Source: Octopus bimaculoides
Lineage: Eukaryota
Direction of reading: 5' to 3'
Length of the DNA: 64,000 nt
NCBI RefSeq assembly: GCF_001194135.2
Contig: NC_068984.1
Coordinates: 81,258,062 to 81,322,061 of the forward strand
The notes under the pieces are model-generated. The model had not been told where the DNA came from. It worked only from the letters and a program-made list of their open reading frames with translations, and did not search any database. Shown one piece after another: positions 1 through 13,936 of this stretch; positions within the stretch are counted from its first letter, which is position 1, and the number at the start of each line of letters is the position of its first letter. The position numbers and the translations under genes were made by a program.

Positions 1-173
1 AAATAAATTGTTCAAGGTGGTGCCCCAGCATAGCCACAGTTTAATGACTGACACAAGTAAAAAGCAAAAGATAGGCATGTTCATTTTACTGGTTATTATT
101 CATTAGACTATGGTCAGGCTGGGGATCCACCTTCAAGAGTTTAATCAGTCAAACCAACTACCTCCAGCCCTTA

Positions 174-538
174 TCTTTTACTTGTTTCAATCATTGAATG
201 GCAGCCATGCTGGGGCACTGCCTTGAAAGGTTTAGTCAAACAAATCTATTCAATTTTTAACATTTCTTTAAAGGCTGGTGTTTATTCTATTGATCTCCTA
301 TGCTGAACTGCTAAGTTACAGGGATGTAAACAAACCAACACCAGTTATCAAATGGTCGTAGGGGACAAACATAGATACACACAACACATGTACATATATA
401 TGACGGGATTCTTTCAGTTTCTGTCTACCATATCCATTCAAAAAGCTTCGGTCGGCTTGGAGATATGGTAGGGGATACTTGCTCAAGGTGCCATGCAGTA
501 GGGATGAACTCAGAGCCATATGGTTGTGAAGCAAACTT
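174..538 (-). mobile_element. Composite SINE A+B; further minus copies at about 1157-1455, 49108-49447 and 54780-55165
   Basis: Same modules in reverse orientation. Confidence 0.75.
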
Positions 539-1006
539 GATGTATTTTATTTGTTGAATCACTAGGCTACAGGACATCAACACACACACACACACATGAC
601 AAGCTTCTGTATAGATTCCCTTGTATTACAAGGCACTGGTTGAACCAAGGCTAAAGTAGAAAATACTTGCTGAAAGTGACACACAATGGAACTGAACTGG
701 AAACCACATGGTCGCAAAGTGAAATTCCTAACCATGCAACCATGATTGTGCACATATTTTATGTACATGTATACAATGAGTTTCCGCAGAATTTCTGTCA
801 ACCAAGGTCAATTTAAAGCTACTCTAAAAGAAAATTCCTCAAATGTATGTATATTGGTGTGCATATATTCCAGCTTCAATTTTTGGGCAACTATCTGTAT
901 TCATATATACACACACACACACATGCACACAATGGGCTCCCTTCAGATCCTATCTATCAAATCTTCTCTCAAGGCTTTGCTTGCCCCTGGGCTAAAGAAG
1001 ATACTC

Positions 1007-1156
1007 TGGTCAAAGGATTGAACCTTAAACCACTTTGCAGCACTTCAGGCATGTCTTTTACTATATGTTTTTTTNNNNNNNNNNTGGTCAAAGGATTGAA
1101 CCTTAAACCACTTTGCAGCACTTCAGGCATGTCTTTTACTATATGTTTTTTTTTTT
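1007..1156. other. Probable assembly artefact: a 68-bp sequence repeated identically either side of a 10-N gap
   Basis: 1007-1074 equals 1085-1152, and both copies end in poly-T at or after the gap at 1075-1084. Confidence 0.8.
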
Positions 1157-2900
1157 AAACTTCAGTCAATGGACTGTAGTCGTTCTGAGGTACCACCTCG
1201 AAGGATTTTAGTAAAACAAATCAACCCCAGTACTCATTATTTTAAAACCTGGTGCTTATTTTATTAGTCTCTTTTCCCGAAGTGCTAACTTATGAGTTCA
1301 GGGGGACAAACACAAGGACACACACTCTTGATGGGTTTCTTTCAGTTTCCACCTATCAAATTCACTCACAAAGGCTTTGGTGGGCTATATAGTAGCAGAC
1401 ACTTGCTCAAGGTCCCACACAATGGGACTGAACCTGGAACCATGTGGTTGAGAAGTACACACTCACACAGGCATACATGTGTGTGTGTGTGTGTGTGTAA
1501 CTGATGTAGAGAGAAGAGACCTAACTGAAATTATATACAACCCCCTTTTCCATTTAGGTATCATCATGAGAACAAGGGCTTCACCATCACATGATTAAAC
1601 TATCAACTACTACTAGCTCAGGTGGATAGGAGAATGCATTATTTTTTATGTTTCTCTTTTTGTCTGTCAAATCAGAAGCAGACTAGAAGAGTGGCTATTA
1701 GCCCTTCCCTCTTTAATACTACATTTTTGTTTACACAAGGAAAGGATCTGAGTTAAAGGGCCAAAGTTGACAGAAAGCAGAGGGTGGGGCTTAGAGAGTT
1801 AGAGAGAGAGGGGAGNNNNNNNNNNAAAAAAAAAAAAAAAAAAGTAAAAAGAAAAATCTCTCTCTTTCTCTCTCACTACACATCTTTGAATGACCACAGG
1901 TGTTCTGGATAAAATGTCCAGTATCAAGTGGTTTATCAAACATGCCTTGTCCAAACAGACTCATGAAGGAGTTAATATCCTAGAGCAGCTAATTAAATAA
2001 GGATAGACTCCAATACTCAACCATACTAGTAGTAGTAGTAGTAGTAGTACTGGTGGTGGCAGTAGTTTTGGTAGTGTCTAATTTAAAATGAAGAGACTAG
2101 TTTTAATTTTAGTTGGTTTTAGAAAAACATTAACCTGCAAAATGTATGCCTATTTGTAAGTGTGTGTGTATGTGTGTGTATGCTTGTTAGATTAAGTTCC
2201 ATATGAGATATTGCATGCACCATGTAGAATATATATTTTCATTTCCATAAATTACATTACAATATGATATATATAGCACACACACACACACAACAGTATT
2301 ATCCATGTAATAACAATGTATGTGTGTGTGTGTGCGCATGCAAATTTCAACCCTCTGTTAATTAGTGACCATCTAGACAAGAATTTTTACTTCTCATGGT
2401 GTGAGTATGTGCACACGTGTGCACTCACAAATGCACCCTCGTTGCTTTTGCTGTGTCTTACTAGACCAAATTTAACATACATTCTAGGTTTTTCTGTTTA
2501 CTACACAGCAGACCATTCCATACCTTTAACATGTTTATTATTTTTTTTTTATTTCATTTGTTATTTCATTTATTTAGGTGCAGGCATGGCTATGTGGATG
2601 TACCAAAGCCTTGTGAGTAGATTTAGAAGATGGAAACTGAAAGAATTAAAGAATTGCATTGTGTATGTGTGCATGTCTTTGCGTATGTGTTTGTTCTCTA
2701 CCATCGCGTGACAACTGGTGTTGGTGTATTTACATCCCTGTAACTTTAAAAAAAAAAAAAAAAAGGAACCCCCCCCCAAAAAAAAGAATAAGTACTNNNN
2801 NNNNNNCATTCAGCTAAAAATTCTTCAAGACAGTGCTATAGCATGGCCGCAGTTCAATGACCAGAACAAGGGAAAGGTAAAAGATAAAAGAAAGTATCAC

Positions 2901-2945
<45 letters not shown>

Positions 2946-5429
2946 TCATTTAACATCCGCTTTCCATGCTAGCATGGGTTGGATGATTTGACGAGGACTG
3001 GCGAACCAGATGGCTGCAGCAGGCTCCAATCTGATATATATATAAAGCAATAAATACAAATGAATATTCATGAATTGAATAGTTTCTGAATTCATAGATA
3101 TAAAAATTCATGGTGTGTGGTAAAAAAGCTTGCTTCCCGACCTTATGGTTCCTGGTTCAATCTCACTGCATGGCATCTTGAGCATGTTTCTTCTGACATA
3201 GGTCTGAATCAAACCAAAGCCTTATGAATGGAATTAGTAGATGGAAACTGAAAGAAGCCTACCACCTTGTCTTGACATCGCATGATAGTTGTAAAATGTT
3301 TGTTACAGTCATTCATTTCCTATTCTGTGAGAGCATGTGTAGCTGTAAGGAAATACTTTTTGCAGTAAAGGAAGCAAGTTGACACATGAGTTTACACATG
3401 GGATATAGATTATACACATACAGTTTATCAATATATTTAAATATCACTAATTCAATTAATAATGTTGAGCTGGCTTACAAGGAAAGGCATAACAGCCCTG
3501 ACTATCCCATTACCTTTTCATATAGTGTATTTGGACTACACTGTTGAATGTGAATGGGTCTTTTTTCAAAGACTATATATGATATGGTTTGAGGGAGATT
3601 TAACTGTTACTCCTAGCTGGTTGAAAAACCACACAGAGGGTCTTTCATTGGCTCAAACACAATTAGTGTTTACTGGAAAGGCAATAATGACATAAATTAC
3701 AATAGAAGAAATGTTAGCATGTTGAAGATATTTTGGAGGGCTACAGCCATGCAATATTGAAGAAAATGTCAAGGGATGAACCCATGTGAGAGCCTGTATG
3801 CAGTTGCTGGACTTATAAGTTTGTTCCATCAGAGCTGACAATAACAAAAACAAATGCTAACTGAAAACATATGTACTAAGTATTGATTTCTCCATTCTAG
3901 TTCATCAGTCTCTTTATCAATTGATAAATATATCATTTTTATATCCAAATTTCAAGATGAAATTTACAGCATCTCCCAAATTGTCCTGGTCTTAAAAATC
4001 TGGTTGGCACTAGAGAAAACCTACCATCTTTGAGGTACAAGAGAGGTTATCTCTGATAAGACTAAAGAGTTCCCTTTACTTCATATATTCTCTGGATGTT
4101 CCTCTCTATATTTTGGCATGTTTTTTTTTCTTTTTTTTTAAAGCTGGATGCCTTTCCGATGACAAGTTACAGTTTAGATTAGATTTTGTTGCTATTGCTG
4201 CTGAGATATTGGATAATGTAGACTGAAACAAACTGCCAAACATTGGGAAGGAATCTTTCCCCATAGGCCAGCTAAATCAAACTTGACATGGAGCTAACAG
4301 ACATCAATAATATCTTATGAAAGGCTACCTACCAGCAGAGAATGTTTTGTTGTATCTATAATTTGAAAGTTATTTATACTTTGTTTTGGATCAAGAAACT
4401 AGCTAACTTCACAGTAAAATCAAAGTTAATTCCAGCATCAAGTATATTATGAAGATAAGCCATAGCTACTCCACTGTGTTAGGAATGAACTGTTCTATCT
4501 AAATATGTTGCCTTCAATAAGACCTTACATGTATTAACTTGTGTTGATCCAAACCTCAAGATTATAGATAATGCAAAGAAAATGTTTCAGTTATTCATTC
4601 TAGAAAGGCTGAAAATCTAAACGAGCCATTGTTAGTGACTACTCTACACACAGATTTCTATACCCAGGCTTTAAAAAATATATAAAATTAAAGGAAATAG
4701 AAATAAATAAAAACAAACAACTAAAAGTGAAAGCTTAAAAATAAATGTACCACATTTAAACAAGAACATAAAAATTCCTGTCATAGTTAAGGAGCCTGCA
4801 GCTACTAAATTCTGTTAAAATTGCTGAATGTGGTGTTAAAAACTCAACCACAAAGAAAAAAAAAGCAACAAGTGTATTATAGTAGGCTATAGCTACCCCT
4901 TCTTGTTTTCTTTATCTCAATGATGAGTTGCTAAGGTCAACTACATAGGAGGTCTCTTTTAGCTGGTCAGCCTAGCCTTCTGGATAATAAGCTTTCTATA
5001 TAAGATGTCTTTTGTCTAGTGAAGTGGTCCTGACACTCACCCAATACAGGTCATCTACTTACGTTTTTTTTTTACTCAATTGTTTACACCATTTCTCTAA
5101 TTATTTCACAGTTTTTATTTGATTAATATTTGAATTTCTATGTTATTTTTTATATTTGATTTTTCAAGGTGGGTGGTGGTGAAATTGACTAGAATCTAGT
5201 TAGGAAAACAATTGTATTTGGTTCAATAGAGACATTTAGGAAGCTAAATAGCACTACTACTACTACTCCTAGTAGTAGTAGTAGTAGTAGGAGGAGGAGT
5301 AGAATTTCATATGTATCCAACTCTCTAAAAACCAAATTCATAAATAAATAAATATTTTTTAGTATTTAAATTACAATTAGTACCCTTCCCAAAATCTTTC
5401 GGTTTCTTGCTATTGAATTATTCAAGCAT

Positions 5430-5597
5430 TTATACCTTTTGAGGCACAGGGTGTTTTGGTATGTGTAACCAAAAGAACCTTTTTATCTGTTGGGATACAT
5501 CTACTGAAAGATGATCTCTGATTAGCTCTTACACTTCAAAACCAATCATTTGTTCCATCTGGCTGATGGATCGGCCTGGGTGTCCCAAGAGGGTTAA
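5430..5597 (-). mobile_element. piggyBac-like MITE, internally deleted copy
   Basis: Ends cctttTGAG...caagagggTTAA; both ends match the reverse complement of the 6388-6780 element. Confidence 0.6.
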
Positions 5598-6387
5598 TAC
5601 TACAAAACATGAAAAAGATACATATCTTAATCTTTGAGAGACAAATCCTACTTATATGATGGTATCATTATTAAAAACATATCTGATCCATGTAAAGGAT
5701 CTTTTTTCTAGCAAAGAAATGGCAAACTCACACCTCAGTTCTGCTTTTTTCTGTAAAAGTTGAACTCCAGACTGTTTTTTTTTTCTCCCTTAACTGCTTG
5801 TCAATTTTGGAATATTCTCAATTCAGAAGATTATCTCCTCCTCTTATTGAAAATTAGTTGCAACTACCACAAGGCATTCTCAATTATCTCCCTCAAAGGG
5901 GAGATAATTTGGAGTCCCACCTGCAGTGAGATCAAACCTGGAACTACATTTTTGCAATCTGATATTTTAACTGCATAACCATGCTTGCATGTCTTCATAA
6001 ATTTAGAATTATAGAAAGGAATAAAAAGAATTTCTTGTTTTTATTATAGCAGTCAGCTTTACTCTAGCATATATTACAAATATCCTTCCTATTTATTCTC
6101 CAGTGCCTAATGATATATAGATTAGAAGTAAATCAATACAATCATTAAAAATATTTTCAGCAATATTTATTTTAAGTAACTCCACCTATAATTACTACAT
6201 ATACTGAGATCCTGTTTGCTTCACCTACTAGAAATGGCAATCAAATTGCCCTTAAATCACACCATCTGTCTTAAATAAAAGATATGCTAGATAAAATAGT
6301 TCTTGATGCACTGTGTCTTGAAAAGACTGAATGGTTAAACTGGAATTCATTTTGCAGTAGGTTCACTCAATCAGAGCTAAATTGGAG

Positions 6388-6780
6388 TTAACTCTCTTGA
6401 GACACTGGACCATTTGATGGAAGGACTTTGAGGCCAATCTATCAGCCCAATGAAACAAACATTGCGAATGATTGGTTTTGAAGTGTAATAGTCAATTACA
6501 GATTGCCTTTCAGTACATATTTTTTTCCACAGAAACATTTATGCTTATTATTTTATTTATTTACATGTATTGTGTTATTTTTGGTTTTCATATTGTGACA
6601 GATGTATTGTACAGTTTACAAGCTTTCATAATATATATAGTTTTACATAATAATAAAGTAGTTTTAGGAACTTTATCCCTTGTTTTCTAGTTGCACCCAT
6701 CAATTTCAACCACAACAGAAAAAAAATTGGGGTCTTTTTGGCTACACATACCAAAACACTGTGTGTCTCAAAAGGGTTAA
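6388..6780 (+). mobile_element. piggyBac-like MITE
   Basis: TTAActctcttgagacac ... gtgtctcaaaagggTTAA termini; homologous to 5430-5597. Confidence 0.65.
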
Positions 6781-7679
6781 ACAGTAGTAAGAAATGTATT
6801 TTACAAAAGCTTTCACCTACAGGATGTTAGCTGGCACATATACACTTTTCTTATTTCCCATTTTTGCTCAACTCAGGTCCAATCCCTTAGGCAAACAGTG
6901 AGTGATATCCTTTCTAAACAGACTACAGTACACTTGCACTTCAGAACTGATTCTAATTTTACCAATTCCAGAGTAATTTCAAGTAATGAGTTAGATAACA
7001 TAAAGCAAGTTTTAGTTCCATGTACTGATTCCACACTTCATAATGACTAAATAATTTCCTAAAATGTTTCTTTAACAACCAAATAATATTCATGTTTTGC
7101 AATATTGATAATAAGAAGAATTCTTTATGAAACGTTTTAGCTATGTTTTTACTTACATATCCAATTACTAAATAATATGTACTTGGTCTGGCTTGTTTTC
7201 ATTAAGTTGTAGTCATGCAAAAACTTCTGGAAATTGAAAATCCTACAGTCTTTGGTTTTAAAGAGTTTCTAATGCAAAATTTAAATTAGCATAAAAAAAA
7301 AAGCATGATATTTTCACATTTGCCACATTCCTAGATGGCTCCCAAATGTGCACTTTATTTATTCCTGCATGTGTCATAAACCCAACCTAAAGTGATATGA
7401 CATCTGCTCTTCAACAAGTTCTTTGTTCAACCAAGTTAAAATGTTTACAGAGCTAACATCATACTATTTTCTAAGATTTCTTTGTCAAAACTATTTACCA
7501 AAGTGACAATTCAGTTTTCAAACCACCTTTGTACATTATGCATTTCATGATCTTCATCACTATTTTTCTCACTTACAAATTATACAGAAATAAGAGCTAA
7601 TAGCATCAATGTCATAACTAGAGGATATGGGTTCTATTTTTTACATGGGACTCGCTTTTTTTTCTTTTCCTGTTTCCAA

Positions 7680-7749
<70 letters not shown>

Positions 7750-8470
7750 GATTCAGTCAAATAAGGTACTTAAGTTGATGCACCAAGCCAGCCCAGTATT
7801 ATCTGCAAGGCTCAAAGTAAAGTGAATAAAAAGCATATAGTAGTACTTTACTTTATCTTAATATTTGTGACATCATATTTTGAAGAGCTTTTCCTCGCAT
7901 TTCTGGAGGATATAACATGAATGTTTTCTTTAAAATGTTAAAAAAAAACAAAAAAACTGTTCCATATAGATTTTAGTTTGGCTAAGCTTGCAAGAGAAAA
8001 AGACTACAACAAAAGTAAATAATAAACAAAGATGCTCACAGCTCTTCCTTTTCCTTGCCCAAACAGGGAAATGGGAGTCAGATGAAGGAAAGAAGAAAGA
8101 GAGTCAGTGAAGGAAAATATACTTCAGTATTTCAAAAACAAAAACTAGGATAAGGTGGATGAGTAGAGAACTCTAATGATTTATATCTAAAATATCTTGC
8201 GATTACTCCTTTTGATTAATGGTTTACTTTACAAAGGCATGGAGCCTAAAATTCTTATAAGGGAGAAAGAATTGGGAAGATTTGAATAGAAGTGAAGCAG
8301 GTGCAAATGGAAGTGATAGCAGGTCATGCAGTTCACTGAGAAGTTACAAGCACAGTTGCATTATGCAAGCATTTCTTCCTTTGCAACTCTTCCAGCGAGA
8401 ACCCAAAACAAAGAACATAATAATAAAAAACAAAAGAGAATATCCTCCTCCTTATTATCATCATCATCAT

Positions 8471-9591
8471 TTAACCCTTTCGTTACTAACCCGGCCATAG
8501 CTGGCCGAAAAATTTTTTGGTTCATAAGACTAACCCGGCCGTAGCCGGCCGGAACCCAAATCTTGTTAGTACATTCGTTAAAACACCTGATTTCACTTTG
8601 CAAACAGTTGAGTTATTGTCTCCGACATTGTTTGGCGTGATATTTGAACTCAGTGAATTTTGGAAGATTTTTTTCCACATTTTTTGTGGCGTTGATTTTT
8701 TTCAACTTTGAAGATGGAGAGGAGTTTCATGCTATCAAGCAGTGATTCCGAATTTGAAGGTTTTTCAACAGAAGATATGGAGATATCGAAGAAAAGAATG
8801 AATGAGCTACAAAAGCACGTGGTGAACGATAATAAATCGGATATTTCTGTATCNNNNNNNNNNNNNNNNNNNNNNNNNNNNNNNNNNNNNNNNNNNNNNN
8901 NNNNNNNNNNNNNNNNNNNNNNNNNNNNNNNNNNNNNNNNNNNNNNNNNNNNNNNNNNNNNNNNNNNNNNNNNNNNNNNNNNNNNNNNNNNNNNNNNNNN
9001 NNNNNNNNNNNNNNNNNNNNNNNNNNNNNNNNNNNNNNNNNNNNNNNNNNNNNNNNNNNNNNNNNNNNNNNNNNNNNNNNNNNNNNNNNNNNNNNNNNNN
9101 NNNNNNNNNNNNNNNNNNNNNNNNNNNNNNNNNNNNNNNNNNNNNNNNNNNNNNNNNNNNNNNNNNNNNNNNNNNNNNNNNNNNNNNNNNNNNNNNNNNN
9201 NNNNNNNNNNNNNNNNNNNNNNNNNNNNNNNNNNNNNNNNNNNNNNNNNNNNNNNNNNNNNNNNNNNNNNNNNNNNNNNNNNNNNNNNNNNNNNNNNNNN
9301 NNNNNNNNNNNNNNNNNNNNNNNNNNNNNNNNNNNNNNNNNNNNNNNNNNNNNNNNNNNNNNNNNNNNNCCCCCACCCCAGTACGTGGAGAACTTTGAGA
9401 CAAAAATTATGCAATAGAATTGATTAAGAACCCTTTCTTTAATTATGTTCCAAGTATCACATTAATATGTTGATAAATAAAAAAGTTACAAGTGTTTAAT
9501 GAGACTAGTCTAAATTTATGATTATTTTAGAATTTAATTGAAACTCATGAGGGGTGTATTTTGGTCAGAAATATAGTAACAAAAGGGTTAA
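8471..9591 (+). mobile_element. piggyBac-like DNA transposon with TTAA target-site duplication; interior lost in a 516-N gap
   Basis: TTAA|CCCTTTCGTTACTA at the left end and TAGTAACAAAAGGG|TTAA at the right. Subterminal repeat actaacccggccRtagcYggccg occurs twice. An acidic ORF start MERSFMLSSSDSEFEGFSTED resembles piggyBac transposase N-termini. Removing the element rebuilds catcatcatttaatgtccactttt, the SINE tail seen at about 13524-13548. Confidence 0.8.
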
Positions 9592-10350
9592 TGTCCACTT
9601 TTCTAGACGGAATTTACTGAGGCATATTTTTTACAGCTGGATGCCCTCTCTGTTGCCAACCCTCACCCGCTTCCAAGTAAGGTTATATTTCCTCATGACC
9701 AGCAATGTTTAACGACTCATTTACAACTATCAAACAATTTTAAGACAAGGAGATACAGACACAATTATATACCGACTTACACATACATACATACATACAT
9801 AGACTCCTGTATATTATCATTGGTACTTTTAGCCAGTTATCAAATGCAATACTCAATTGTTTTGATTGCTTTGATCATGCATTTTCTCATAGCTTCAAGA
9901 TTTCAATATGATAGCTTATTTTTAGAACGACATTGTACGTTCGGCGCAAGAGGTTGGATCTGGTTGTGTGTGTATGTGTGTGCATACACAAATGCACAAA
10001 TGAGCACGAGAGTTGTATTTCCCCTGTGTTGCCATGTGCCTGCTAATTGTCACTGGTCATAGATACAATGTTGTTTGTAAGCAATTTTCTGTGAAAGCAT
10101 GTCCAGATTATGTAATTAGTCAGAGTGGTAAGTAAATAGTCCTCATCAGAAATATAGAATTGTACACCCAGGTTATTTATTAGACTAACAGAAATATTAC
10201 CTTGCTTGGAAACAGACAGGTGAGGGTTGGGGGCAGAAAGAGCATCCGGTTGTAGAAATATCTACTTCAACAAAGTAATCATGTGACCCGTGCAAGCACA
10301 GAAAAGTGATCATTAAAACTATGTTGATATATGTGTGCATGCAAGTGTTA

Positions 10351-10580
10351 TTTCTTTACTACCCACAAGGGGCTACACACACAGGGGACAAACAAGGACA
10401 GACAAACGGATTAAGTCGATAATACCGACCCCAGTGCGCAACTGGTACTTATTTAATCGACCCCGAAAGGATGAAAGGCAAAGTCGACCTCGGCGGAATT
10501 TGAACTCAGAACGTAGCGGCAGACGAAATACCGCTAAGCATTTCGCCCGGCGTGCTAACGATTCTGCCAGCTCGCCGCCT
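10351..10580 (-). mobile_element. Young tRNA-derived SINE, family M (Meta-domain-like core)
   Basis: Head aggcggcgagctggcagaatcgttagc, B-box-like gagttcaaattcc, and core gtcgactttgcctttcatcctttcggggtcgat..aagtacc with CpGs intact. Confidence 0.8.
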
Positions 10581-11873
10581 GTGTGCATACAAGTGTGTGA
10601 TATGAAAGAAACTGTGTCTGCGTATACTGGAGTAAATTTCTTGTAGTGTAAGGTAAGCTTACTCACTAAAAAGTAACATAACTCAAGGTAAACCCAACCA
10701 TTTAGTAAAATAAGTACCACACTAAATACCGAGGTCAATATAACTCATTAATACTCTTGAAACCAGTAATAAGAGAATGGTCAATTTTTTTATTTTTTTG
10801 TCAATAAACAAGTTCAAAATTCATACTAAGTTAATACAATCATGTTTATTAATTCAATAAACAATGAAATCAAGCTCAATGTTCTGCATGGCAGTAGCCA
10901 CAGGGCTGCTGTAGCAAAAGTCATTCTTCCATATGAGAAGGTATTTATTTAAATGGAGTAGCAATATACTTACTCTCAATTTACCATAATTTCTCCTCAA
11001 AGCAACAAACAAGAGAGGAAATTGCATTTGTAAGTACAAAAATGATACGCATTTAGAATTTAGATAATATTATATCATTCNNNNNNNNNNNNNNNNNNNN
11101 NNNNNNNNNNNNNNNNNNNNNNNNNNNNNNNNNNNNNNNNNNNNNNNNNNNNNNNNNNNNNNNNNNNNNNNNNNNNNNNNNNNNNNNNNNNNNNNNNNNN
11201 NNNNNNNNNNNNNNNNNNNNNNNNNNNNNNNNNNNNNNNNNNNNNNNNNNNNNNNNNNNNNNNNNNNNNNNNNNNNNNNNNNNNNNNNNNNNNNNNNNNN
11301 NNNNNNNNNNNNNNNNNNNNNNNNNNNNNNNNNNNNNNNNNNNNNNNNNNNNNNNNNNNNNNNNNNNNNNNNNNNNNNNNNNNNNNNNNNNNNNNNNNNN
11401 NNNNNNNNNNNNNNNNNNNNNNNNNNNNNNNNNNNNNNNNNNNNNNNNNNNNNNNNNNNNNNNNNNNNNNNNNNNNNNNNNNNNNNNNNNNNNNNNNNNN
11501 NNNNNNNNNNNNNNNNNNNNNNNNNNNNNNNNNNNNNNNNNNNNNNNNNNNNNNNNNNNNNNNNNNNNNNNNNNNNNNNNNNNNNNNNNNNNNNNNNNNN
11601 NNNNNNNNNNNNNNNNNNNNNNNNNNNNNNNNNNNNNNNNNNNNNNNNNNNNNNNNNNNNNNNNNNNNNNNNNNNNNNNNNNNNNNNNNNNNNNNNNNNN
11701 NNNNNNNNNNNNNNNNNNNNNNNNNNNNNNNNNNNNNNNNNNNNNNNNNNNNNNNNNNNNNNNNNNNNNNNNNNNNNNNNNNNNNNNNNNNNNNNNNNNN
11801 NNNNNNNNNNNNNNNNNNNNNNNNNNNNNNNNNNNNNNNNNNNNNNNNNNNNNNNNNNNNNNNNNNNNNNNNN

Positions 11874-12125
11874 AAGCCCATCGTATATATATATATATGT
11901 ATGTATGTGTGTGTATATGTTTATGTGTCTGTGTTTGTCCTCCCAACATCGCTTGATGGTGGTGTGTTTATGTCCCTGTAACATAGCGGTTCGGCAAAAG
12001 AGACCGATAGAATAAGTACTAGGCTTACAAAGAATAAGTCCTGGGATCGATTTGCTCGACTAAAGGCGTTGCTCCAGCATGGCCGCAGTGAAATGACTGA
12101 AACAAGTAAAAGAGTAAAAGAGTAA
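11874..12125 (+). mobile_element. Tail B half of a young composite SINE; the head is presumably in the 11081-11873 gap
   Basis: Near-identical to 46553-46786. Confidence 0.8.
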
Positions 12126-13028
12126 TAAATTGGTTTTATTTCTACACTGTCCAACCCATGCAAGCTTGGGAAATGGACATTAAACGATGATGATGGATAC
12201 ACAAAATATTTAAAAAAAATTTTTTTAGACCACTCCTAATAATAATCAATTATGAAAATATGCAAGGATTTTTTGTATGTAGAGTGAATTGGCTATGGAG
12301 GTCTATAAGAATCAAAGGGGTCTATAGACCATAGGTAAAAAGCAGTTGAGAACCATTGAAAGGTGTTCCAAATTAAAACTTGCTGTCAACAATACTTGTT
12401 AATTTAAGTCCCAAACATCATCCTGACTGTTTTACTGTGAAAAGCAGATATATATCCACTCAAAATTTTGTTACCCTTAATTGCAAAAAGCAGTTTTATA
12501 TACCAATCTATCTTTTGTTGAGGAACATCATGCTTGAAACAGATTTCTGCTGAGATATGTCAAGTTTACCGAGGCAACACGACTTGCAGAAAATACCAAC
12601 TCTTTTCTTCTTTTTTTTTTTCAGTAGATATTTAATATCATCACCAGAATAGCCATGAAATTTAATTTCACAGTGAAAGGGTTAATAATGACACAGTTAC
12701 TTCATGGAATTCTCATTTATTTTCAATTTTAGTTGAAACAGAGGCAATGTGTGTTTCAATAGAAATATAGTCACAGATGGGTGAAATAGTATTAGGCACA
12801 TCTATGCTGTATTTATGCTTCTATAATGTTTCTGTAAAGCTAATTAGAAATAGTTACATAACATGTATCTTCTCTACTATGGTGGGTATGCTAAAGTCTA
12901 GGTTTTGCTGAGGAGGTCATAATAAGACAGAAGCAAGTTTGAAGCTGTTTCAATAACTTTCCATACTAAAATTGTCTTTTCTTCTACTGCACAATTATTT
13001 TGAATTAGCTTCTTAGCACACAGACAGA

Positions 13029-13437
13029 GATGTGTGGTTAAAAAGTTTGCTTCTTGGTCATTTTGTTTTAGGTTCAATTCAGTCTCACTGTGTGATATCT
13101 TGGGCAAGTGTTTTTTCTTAAAACAATGGGCCAACCAAAACCTTGTGAGTGAATTTGGTAGACAGAAACTGAAAAAAGTCTGGTGTTTGTGTGTTTGTGT
13201 GTTTCTTTGCTGCAACCATGTGATTTTGTAAACAATTACTAACAGTGTCAGTCATGTTCAGTCTTTGACTCTTCAATATGTTCAATCATGGGGAAATAAT
13301 AGCTTGCTTGGAGACAGGTGATGGTCGGTGATAGGAAGGGCATCCTGCTGTAGAAAATCTGCCTCAACAAATTCCATCTGCTCCATGCAAGTAGAGCAAT
13401 CCATGCCAGCATGAAAAACAGATGTATGATGATGATA
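13029..13437 (+). mobile_element. Composite SINE: head A + alternative tail C ending (GAT)n
   Basis: Head A, TG linker, then ggaagggcatcc..gtagaaa..catgccagcatg..gatgatgat. Confidence 0.7.
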
Positions 13438-13523
13438 ATAGCCTTAACAATCTTGGAATAGATTTGACAGTATGTATACATAAAAGTTAGGCATTTTTCT
13501 TTAATCACTAAATTCAATAAGAG

Positions 13524-13930
13524 CATCACCATTTAATGTCCACTTTTCCAGGCTTGCATGGGTCAGGTGGAATTTGTGGAGGCAGATACCCTTTCTGTTA
13601 CAAACCCTCACTTGTTACCAAACAAAGTAACAGTCTCTCATAACTAGACATACTCTTCAAAGAAGATTGGAAACAAACAACCTCGCTGGTATGACAATGA
13701 AGCTCATTTACAACCACCATGTGTTGTCAAGACAAGAGCAAGCACACGCACACACATACACGTGCATGCACACACACATGGTCGACTTTTTGCAGTTTCC
13801 ATTAGTGAAACCCATTCACAAGGGTTTGGTCATCCTAAGACTACAGAAGATACTTGTCTATGGTGCTGTGCTGCAGGACTGAATCCAGGACTACATGTTT
13901 GGGAAGCAAGCTTCTTAGTCACACAGCCAC
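13524..13930 (-). mobile_element. Composite SINE head A + tail C; another copy at about 51655-52050
   Basis: Reverse complement of the same architecture as 13029-13437. Confidence 0.7.
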
Positions 13931-13936
13931 ATGATA

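Noticed and set aside
1007-1156. 68-bp tandem duplication as a biological repeat
   Set aside because: Identical copies abut a nominal 10-N gap, which is typical of an unmerged contig overlap.
3700-3840. Minus-strand exon candidate (ALMEQTYKSSNCIQALTW...)
   Set aside because: Good acceptor but no convincing donor, no recognisable protein, and it lies beyond the putative stop of the gene.
5252-5300. (CTA)n/(TAG)n fold-back
   Set aside because: A short self-complementary microsatellite, expected in a window this rich in TAG repeats.
8650-11984. Long track ORFs at 8650-9427 and 11053-11984
   Set aside because: They are long only because N gaps contain no stop codons. Just the first ~45 codons from 8714 have independent support, as a piggyBac-like N-terminus.
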